From positions 20,861 to 77,879 of the forward strand of contig MQRK01169072.1 of the NCBI GenBank assembly GCA_001938485.1: 57,019 bases of DNA, in the 5' to 3' direction. The notes beneath the pieces were generated by a model. The model made no database searches. It was not told where the DNA came from and saw only the letters and a program-made list of their open reading frames with translations. Of this stretch, positions 48,575 to 57,019 are shown in pieces (positions within the stretch are counted from its first letter, which is position 1; every line of letters starts with the position of its first letter). The position numbers and the translations under genes were made by a program. This DNA comes from Girardia tigrina. Its lineage: Eukaryota.

Positions 48575-49320
48575 AAGTGTCTGCCCGTGCATTGTCTTGA
48601 TGGAAAATGACTTTTGTTTAAGCCAAATGCGGTCTTTTTTTCTTCAAAATATTGTTAAATCTGTCCAATATGTTTGCCTAATATTCACTGTTGATTGTTT
48701 CTCCCCTTGTAAAAGTAATCGATGTGGATTATTCCATGTGCATCCAAAAAAAGGTATTGACATGACATTATTTATTGATTAAACTGCTTTGGCCTTCCAT
48801 GGAGTCAGTTCACCATCGAACGTTCACTACGTTGATTGCTGCTGTTTAGTCCACAATTTTGAAATGGCACAAAACTTTGTTCGGATTGCGATTTAACAAC
48901 GCAAAACACTCCTTAGAAATTTTCACATGATTGTGTTTCTTGCAAATTGTATTCAGGCGCGGTGCCCATCTTGCAAATAGCTTTGTCTTATCAAAATGAT
49001 CACTCAAAATCGAAATTATTGAGCCATGCTATATATATGTTGCTTCTCCAATCTTGAGCACTTTCAATCGCAGACGGGTTAAAAAATATAATGAATTCTT
49101 TCAATTGCTTCGGGTGTAGTGAGAACATTCTGCACCACTGGTGGTTGTGCTACCACAATGCAATTTCGTAAACCCCTTTTCTACCATTACTATTGAGGAT
49201 ACAGAATTTCCATAATATTTGTCAAGCTTATTCTACTTTTGATTGATGGTTTTTTTCTTCAAAGAATAACGCTTTATAAGCACACAAAATTCATTTTCCC
49301 CATTTTCACTGAACTTACTG
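48575..49320 (-). mobile_element. Decayed mariner (irritans-like) fragment
   Basis: Remnants of KVM...F.DAHGII.IDY..KG.TINSEY and FHQDNARA on the minus strand. Confidence 0.7.
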
Positions 49321-49359
49321 TGGAATTTTCAGTGTGAAAGCATTTTCAGGTAATCATTT

Positions 49360-49949
49360 TCTTGTTCTACAGTGTCTTCCAATTTCCCGATACAGTGCCT
49401 TTGAGTAGGTTTTTAATTTCCTCTTCGTTGTTAAGAAGCCCTTTCGAATTTAGCAACTCTCTATTTTCTGCCAAGTACTCTTTTTTGCTGAAGATCCAGA
49501 GCATGTCGTGAGAAACACGCTCCATTTTTAGTTGCTTGTTTATCCGCAACCAGTTCAAAGTTTAAAACTTTCTTGACTTCGTTCATCTTTTTCATCTTAT
49601 TGTAGTCATAGAATACAATACTCATCTAGACTAGAATCACTCTACAAGCCATACTTTATGGAAAGCTTTTAATTGTACAACGTCCTTTTCATAAATTGTC
49701 CAGCATTAACTTCCGTAATGTACTGTTGGGAAGTGCTCGATTCGATAAGTTTCTTTTTGAATATCATTTGAACGCGGTTTCATTGACTTGTAGATTGCAA
49801 CTCTTTCAGCTTTCACATTACACAGCGAATCTGTTGACCAATATCTTGGCTTCAGCTGCCACTAGTATATTACAGTCTAATTGCTCTTGACTTGGGATAT
49901 TGCCGTACCCGAATTGTCAGTAAGGTTCATGACTTTTGTCTTGGTTGCA

Positions 49950-49955
<6 letters not shown>
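49360..49955 (-). mobile_element. LINE RT-thumb fragment resembling 9211-9525, abutting a (TA)n tract (49953-49985)
   Basis: SATKTKVMN...KKKLIESS.FPTVHYGS*CWTIYEKDVVQLKAFH across frameshifts. Confidence 0.6.
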
Positions 49956-49988
<33 letters not shown>

Positions 49989-50664
49989 CTGTTTAACTTT
50001 ATGACATGATAACTGAAAAAAACATTTTTATTATGACGTGAATCTTGAAAGAGATTCATAATTAACATTACAAAGGCTTTCATTTACAATAGTGAACAAA
50101 TGAAGCAAACTTAAGAAATATACACTCGATCTAAATGAAGTCTCTGCAAACTTTGACCATGAATTATTGAGTATTTTAGGGTATACCATAACCCGATAAT
50201 CATCATCACACATTACAATACAAAATAAAATTTTGAAAAAAACTTAGCAAGAAATGATCTAAGTTATCAAAATTATTTAATATTTATTTTATATTGGAAT
50301 AACACAATTAAATTTGAAAGCACTGTACTTTAACAGAGTTAGAATTTATATTTAAGAAACAAATTGAGTTATTTTCATGAATTATATTATATTTTCCATT
50401 TGATATTGTAAGGTATGGTTGACTGTGTACATGTTATGTATGTATGATATTAGTGGAGATCTCAGGGCTATAAAAAATGAAGATGCCTCTTATGAACTAA
50501 TAATAATTATTTATTGATCAAATTAAGTTTCAAAATTTATTCTGTTAAAATTTAATAAAAATTAAAAATTTATTACCGATTTTGATTACTAAAACCTTAA
50601 ACCTAAAAGACGCAAATTTCTAAAATTAAAAATTACCAAAAACATTATTTCCGTTTCAAATATT

Positions 50665-50935
50665 CATGAGCGCTGGTAAAATCTTTTTCATGGGGAGGGA
50701 CAAATTAAAAATGTTTTAATTAAAAAAATGAAAAAAATCTTTAATTCCTTGTTGTATTAATTTATTTTTTTAGTTCATCTATTTTTTTGTCATTTTAAAA
50801 TTTTTGCCAAAAAAAAGAAATCAGAATTTTCACAATTCGGAATACAATTTCCCTCAGGTTATTTATCAAAAATATTTATATTTATATTTAAAAATCCAAT
50901 ATCCTTCCAGCGTCCCATTATAATTTTCAAAGCCT
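50665..50935. mobile_element. Putative MITE, related to 2658-3013
   Basis: Starts CATGAGCGC; shares AAAAAAATCTTTAATTC and TTATTTATC.AAAATATTT blocks with the other copy. Confidence 0.45.
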
Positions 50936-51434
50936 TTTTATCTTGTCTTCGGTTGTGAGAGCAAATGGAAATAAAAATTGTCTCAATAATTTTTCAGAGG
51001 TCTTGTCATAATTCGATTCTGCGCTCAATACTAAGAAAAAAAATGTTTTTATTTGATTGGACTTTAAAAATTAATAAAATAATCAACGTTGGAATGATCA
51101 TTTTAAGAATAATTATCTTAGAATGTTCATTTCTAACAAAAAAAAGTTTTATTTGTATATTTATTATATATTCTCACAAGAACACAAGATAATGAGTAAT
51201 AGTAGGAAAGGTTATAAAAGTATTTCTTGTAATTTGGGTTATTTGCACAGACATATGTAATCATGAGTTCATTTTAGAGTCTATTAAGACAATAAATATC
51301 GTGCAAGACCTCCGGAAATATGAATAATGCCAATCAAATTCCTATAAAATGTCCATCAACATTCCAAGTCACTTTTATATTTACTATTATTATAACAAAA
51401 TAATAATATAAATAATTAATAAATCAAGTCTTAC

Positions 51435-51903
51435 ATGATTCTTGAATCAGTGCTCCGCTGCTGTGAATTTTCTTGTCCTTATTGATGACGGCAATTTGAT
51501 TCCACGCTTCACAGTAACACTTATATTCACTGAACCATTCTACAACATCTTTATATTTAACGATATAGCTAAATTTCCATCGTTTTCCTTTTGGATCTGT
51601 TTTATTTAAATGATTCATTTTAATGACAGTTAATCCACTTTCCGATACTTCTTTATTCATATATGAATATTGTTTTTCAGCACAGAAAATATTTACATGT
51701 GAGACAGGTTCAGCAATACATACTATAACAGCCGGATTACTTTTATTTACATAATAGAAAGGATTTGGTTCGAGAAGAAACTTAGGAATACCGTCATAAT
51801 GTTTTTCATTCGGTTGAACAAGGTCTTTTTTCCCATCGATTTCTGCAAAGATAATGTGGTGGATGATGAAAAGAAATAAAAACATTAAAGAGATAAAAGT
51901 CAT
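51435..51903 (-). CDS. unc-5: unc-5 exon 1: signal peptide and Ig1
   Basis: Hydrophobic leader MTFISLMFLFLFIIHHIIFA; PKFLLEP..YYVNKSNPAVIVCIAEP...C...VVEWFSEYKCYCEAWN matches UNC5 Ig1 (F..EP...Y.VK..P....C.A.P...C...Y.C.C.AW). Donor TCA T|gtaag; 469 nt, phase 1. Confidence 0.9.
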
Positions 51904-51936
51904 GATTGTGAATAGATCATTAGTGAGATTTAAGTA

Positions 51937-52018
51937 TTTTATATATAATAATATGAAATTAAGACATGAGTTTTATTTAATTTGACCAATCAGAATGTTT
52001 GATTGAAAATGATTGGTT
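51937..52018 (-). promoter_or_regulatory. Candidate unc-5 core promoter: TATA-like element and two CCAAT (NF-Y) boxes
   Basis: TATATAAAA (minus, 51945-51937), GACCAATCAG (plus, 51984-51993) and AACCAATCA (minus, 52018-52010), all within ~115 bp of the ATG. Confidence 0.45.
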
Positions 52019-53726
52019 GATTAATTAATATGCTTCATTTCAGATCTCAGTACATTACATATGAGCAATACATTATCTGTAAAATCATTATTTATATTTT
52101 ATAAATATTTTATTATTGATAAAAAAATATTTCTTAAAGTTTTTTTTTACGAATTTAAATAAAATTTAATTAACTTTTTAATTATATGAATTCAGATTTA
52201 TTTATCATTTGAAAGTTATGGTGTTAGGGTTTATAATTTCAACCTTTTGTTTTTTTTAAACGAAAACCGATTTTAATAGCTTAAATAAAATTGAAAATAA
52301 AATTTGAAGTCAAGATAATTTTAAAAAGTTTTTATATAATTTTTAATATTACTTTCATGTGTAAGTAGAATACATTGATATTTCAAATACGAAAAGAAAA
52401 TTTAACATTATTATCTTTTCAATTTTTATATTTATTATTATGTATACGTTCTACTTTTTTTATAGAATTTTTTGAACCTGTAAGAAGAAATAGTCGGAAT
52501 TTGTTTTCAGGATGTCTGTGTTTATGAGTTGCATTAGAATGTCGCCAATATCCGTTTGATTTAATTGATTCTTACTATTTTCTAAAGAGAATTTCTAATC
52601 TAAAAAGAATGACTCAGCGTAGATAATCTCAACTGGAATGAAAAATTGTCTTATACAAATATATTTTCTTAAAAAACTAATTCACATAATTCTAGGAGCG
52701 TTTTTGTAAAGTAGTAGTCTCAACAGATTTTTTTTGATTATGTCTACCAAGTAAAGCCTTCCTCTAAACAACTGTTTTTTAAAAACATAGTTGTCTTAAT
52801 AAAGTGATTAATTTTAAATTCATGTCCATGTATCAGTTCATTGTGATTCTTGAATTACTGATTCTTACGTCCCCTTGACATTTGGAATTAATGATGATCG
52901 ACTCCTTTTACATGTTTGTTTAGTCGCCAGAGGTACACTTTTGCTCTTTATACATGGGTTTCATTAGTTTGATATTTGACGGGACTTATGTCTGACAGTG
53001 TCTGAAAACTAATGATGATATACAAGATTTACTAGATTCACCTACTTTAATATCAAAATCAAGTGTTGAAATTTATAATCCAAATATCTTAGTTAAACTG
53101 AAAATGAAAATATACCGTGAAAAATTATTTTTAGTTGTAAAATATGAAGCTTTAAATAAGAAAATAATAATCTTTGACACATTCTTATTTTATAACTCGT
53201 TCTTCTTGAAATGAATATATTAAACGCAAAATTTAACTTTTTTACAAAATATGTATTACGATTGCAAGAAATATTTCGAATGATGTATATTGTATTTTAT
53301 AAGTTATTTTTTTTCGTTTTGGAGTTATCTCGTCTATTAAGAATGTAGATTGATATTTTTTAATGTTGCATAATTTAGATGACGAAGACCGAATATAATT
53401 TACTAAACTAAAATTAATTTATGAAATTTGTGAAACTATTCTACATTTTTGAATTAAAATATAACTAAATATATTTATACAAATTAAAACAATATTTAAA
53501 AATAAAAAATTAAATATTAAGTTACGTTAAATTAAAAATATAAAAATATTAAAAAGAAATTTCAATAACTTATTATAGTTTGTAAAAAATACAAAATACA
53601 AGATTTCAAAAGTTATAAAGTTTACGTTTAATTAAACTATATATTTATATTTACAATTTATTTTGATATTATTGGTTTGTGCAAAAAAAATGAAAGTGTT
53701 CCTCAGAAATTTACTTAAACAAAATA

Positions 53727-53737
53727 TTATGTTATTA

Positions 53738-53772
<35 letters not shown>

Positions 53773-53792
53773 GTTATTATTATTGTTATTAT
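53727..53792. repeat. (TTA)n/(TTG) microsatellite
   Basis: Directly visible; it explains the poly-Leu ORF 53663..53920. Confidence 0.95.
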
Positions 53793-54824
53793 CATTTAAA
53801 TATTATGTTATATTGTTGATATTAAATAAGTTTCAAAAATGTCTTCATCTGAGTTTTCAGAAGAACACAACTACGAACCTAACAAAATTAATTTATTATT
53901 TAGATAAAATAAACATGTAACTATTAATGTTTGTTTGAATAACAAGACCTTAAAAATTTACTTATCATATTAATCAAAAATAATGTCTAAGTATGAATTC
54001 TTTACTAAAGATTGTCCAAAGGATGATTCATTTTGTGATTTGAATAAACTTTTCGAACAATATATTAATTCTTTTAATAATAATTAACAACTGAGTAGAA
54101 AATTACTCCCTTGAAAATTTCACTCTTGAATATATTACAGCAAATTTCAGTTTAAAAATCATTTGTTCTGAAGATTACGGTTTAACCCTCGAAATTAATA
54201 AACAGAAAATAATTTTAATTAGCTTGTTATTTAATTTTTTAAAATCTGTTAATTTTTTTTAAAAATCTCTTTATTAATGTTAAATATTTCAATATAGAAT
54301 ATTTATAAATATATCTAACATATATCTAATAATAATTATTTATGACTATTATTTGTTTAAGATCAATATTGACTACAGATCCGAGAGAAGCATATTAAAG
54401 AGATTTGGAAATAACTTCAAGAGGTACATCTTGAAACTGGAATTTTTGATTTTTATCTCCTTTTCTTTAAAATAATTCATTGGATACAAATTATAATATA
54501 TTTAAATGATTTATTAAACATGTTATTTTGAATTGAAATTACTTGGAAGAGATTTGTGAATAGTATATATTTTTTTAACAAAACTTAAGAAAAACAAATT
54601 TTAATAGATCAATAATTATCATATCTTTATTTTATTTATTTTTTTCTTTCTTTTATTTATTTTAATTTTTCAAATCATATTTAAAATATATTTAAGCCAA
54701 AATGAATTAATTATCTACTAACAAAATTGAAAGTAATATATTGTTTTTATATATGTTCATATAATTGTATTAAAAACGATAAAAATATTTTGATCAAAAG
54801 TTTCTTCAATTGTTTCGATAATTT

Positions 54825-55360
54825 AGACCTCACCATTTAGCAAACATTGACCATCAGATTCCTTTGATGAATGTTGTGCTTTGGACTGTGTTTTGGTGCT
54901 CCATCCGTGTCCACTCAGAGATTATTATATTAGATACACCTTTCACCATAAGAGACGATTTGAATCACAAAGTGATCACATTTAAAACAAGAAAGAATCA
55001 TCATGCATGTATCCAAACGCTGTTGTTTCTACTTTTCATTCAATTCATGTGGAATCTACTTTTCCAACTTTTTCACTTTACCATTTTGAGCCAAGTGATT
55101 TAATATTGTTTGCTTTGTAATAGCAAACGTTAACAATGAGCGCTTTGTGATGGATCCAACTCCATGGTTACTTTCAGTTCGTCATTGTCTACCTACGTTT
55201 CTTGGCGACCTCGAAACTCAATGAGATTAAAATCACCTCTCAAGACTTTCCTGAATCAATACGAGACTGTCTGCTTAGTAGCAGTATCGTATTGAAATAC
55301 ACTATTGATGTTTCGAATGGTTTCTGATGCTGAGGTTCCACGTAGGAACATATGCATCAA
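54825..55360 (-). mobile_element. Decayed mariner fragment
   Basis: KLEK*IPHELNE..KQQRLDTC, IVSYGERCI*YNN (IVT.DEKWI.Y.N), PKHNIHQRNLMV. Confidence 0.7.
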
Positions 55361-56814
55361 TCATACAAAAATAACTGAGCAACAAAATGTTAAGCCATAA
55401 TCATATTATAACCATTTGAATTTATTGTAATTATGCCTACAAATTTCATACTTGGTAACGCAATAAAAATTTATTTCATATATACCAGTAGAAAGGATTT
55501 TCATAAATGAAGACATGCATACTGATATGTACCGTAAGGTCGAGATTAGAATATAATATTAAGTACGTAATCATTACATTCATTTATAAGCATTAAAATA
55601 CTATGGACAATAAAAAATAAACACAATAAAAAAATTAATTGAATAAGTAAAGTTTTTCTTTTTCGCCTCAACCTCTTTAATATTCTGTTTAAATACTTAA
55701 TACATTTTGTGATTTAATTTCACATTTAAAATTTTGAAAATAGAATTTGAAACATTTAATCTTTTCTGAGTATTAAAAAATAATTAAATAGTGTTTCATA
55801 GCAATTAATTAATAATTATTTTATAATTAGAAAGATTTATAAAAATTCTAAACTGTATATAATTATTTCTTCAGAATGATTTTTCAACAAAAAATAAAAA
55901 TAAGAAGTCAAAAATAATTATTAAATCTATTTTTTAGATTTAATTATTTAATGCCGTTAAATGATATACACAATTAAAGGTGAATTTCATGCCACCCATA
56001 ATCCTAAAATAAATTAGCGCCTAATTACATATTTCTTTTCGTAAATTTAAAACCTAAAAAATACTTTAAGAACGTAATTTTAATTGAACCATATAAATTG
56101 ACTGTACAATTATATGTAATATTAATCAAAAAAGTAGTAAGAAATTTCTAAAGGTATATTCACTCTGGATGAAAGTAGAACTAAAGTGGACAGTCTTGTT
56201 GGTTTAAAATCTCTATTTGGTGGGGATACCTACGGGTCTGACTAACCCTTATTCTTTGCCTCAAATGATTCACTAATAGATATAGATTGGATTGAGGTAG
56301 TCCAGGAAGGTAGCCTATACATATTCATTGACCACTCATGGATCGATAATCTCATTATCAACGGATTACAAGCGTCTGTTTTTCTGTTTGGTATTTTTTA
56401 ATATTTATCTGCATAATATTTGATTATTTAAATATAATATAGATTATTTAAAATGTTGATCGATTATAATTTCCCCGTTTTAACAAGAGAAATTACCTAA
56501 GTTTTTCTGGTATTCGAAAGCACAAGATCTTACATTTTAAATAATATTAAGTAGCATTTAATAAATCAAGGGCTAATATATTGAATAATTCCGGGATGAC
56601 ATACAACAATTTTTTAGATTGTTGGTTAAGCTTAGCTTTACCGGAAATATTAAACTACCTAAAAACAATCTTATTTCGGATTGGTTTAAACAGACGTGGG
56701 AAATGATTACTCCATAAGCAATAATTAAAAGTTTTTCAGTTGGTTTCACAGAAAGTAATTTAGTTTTTTATAAAAGTTTTTTATAGAAAAAGATAAAATT
56801 CTTGGATTAAAATT

Positions 56815-57019
56815 TATTTAAACTGGGTCGTAAAGCAGCAGAAACGGCTCGCAATATCAATAAAGCATTTGGCAAGGGAACAGCTTCTGAGCGCACAGTT
56901 CAACGATGGTTCCGAAAATTTTCTGATGGAGATGAAAACCTTGAAGATGAAGAAGGTCGTGATCGTCCAGTTGCTGTGAACAACGACAATTTGAGGACAA
57001 TGGTGGAAACAGATCCCCG
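56815..57019 (+). mobile_element. Mariner transposase N-terminus (cecropia-like), running off the window
   Basis: FKLGRKAAETARNINKAFGKGTASERTVQRWFRKFSDGDENLEDEEGRDRP. Confidence 0.9.

Larger units (their letters stand above)
18029..51903 (-). other. unc-5: UNC-5-family netrin receptor gene, 5' portion (exons 1-4; signal peptide-Ig-Ig-TSP1)
   Basis: Four exons with canonical GT-AG sites and compatible phases (1,0,1,1) splice into one open frame with UNC5 ectodomain order and motifs. Confidence 0.85.

Noticed and set aside
52500-53070. Coding-like segment upstream of unc-5
   Set aside because: Multiple stops in all frames examined and only vague LINE resemblance.
53663-53920. ORF with a long poly-Leu run resembling a signal/TM peptide
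   Set aside because: It is the translation of a (TTA)n microsatellite.
1-57019. CRISPR array, rRNA, or prokaryotic/viral operon-type system
   Set aside because: No regularly spaced repeat-spacer array, no rRNA-like sequence and no gene-dense region; the DNA is spliceosomal-intron-containing eukaryotic sequence.

Overview
Very AT-rich eukaryotic (animal) genomic DNA. Composition, long (TA)n tracts and the transposon mix suggest a planarian or other flatworm, but that is inference only. The one host gene I can support is an UNC-5-family netrin receptor on the minus strand. Four phase-compatible exons (51903-51435, 22347-22244, 21306-21126, 18235-18029) encode signal peptide-Ig1-Ig2-TSP1. Intron 1 is about 29 kb, and I could not find the downstream TM/ZU5/UPA/death-domain exons in the window. 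The rest is mostly decayed mobile DNA: about 8 mariner remnants (one full length with both TIRs), DD41D/DD37D-like Tc1-mariner fragments, a Chapaev3-like fragment with an inverted duplication, a hAT-type MITE with a perfect 8-bp TSD, RTE-group LINEs (one with a C-terminal triple C2H2 array), a decayed Ty3/Gypsy provirus with four related LTR remnants, and four Penelope-like remnants each ending in a minimal hammerhead ribozyme motif (one intact). I found no convincing wholly new biological system. The best leads are the hammerheads, the zinc-finger LINE, the atypical UNC-5 TSP1 domain and GC3 patch, and the intronic inverted duplication. All family assignments come from motif recognition by eye; no database searches were run.
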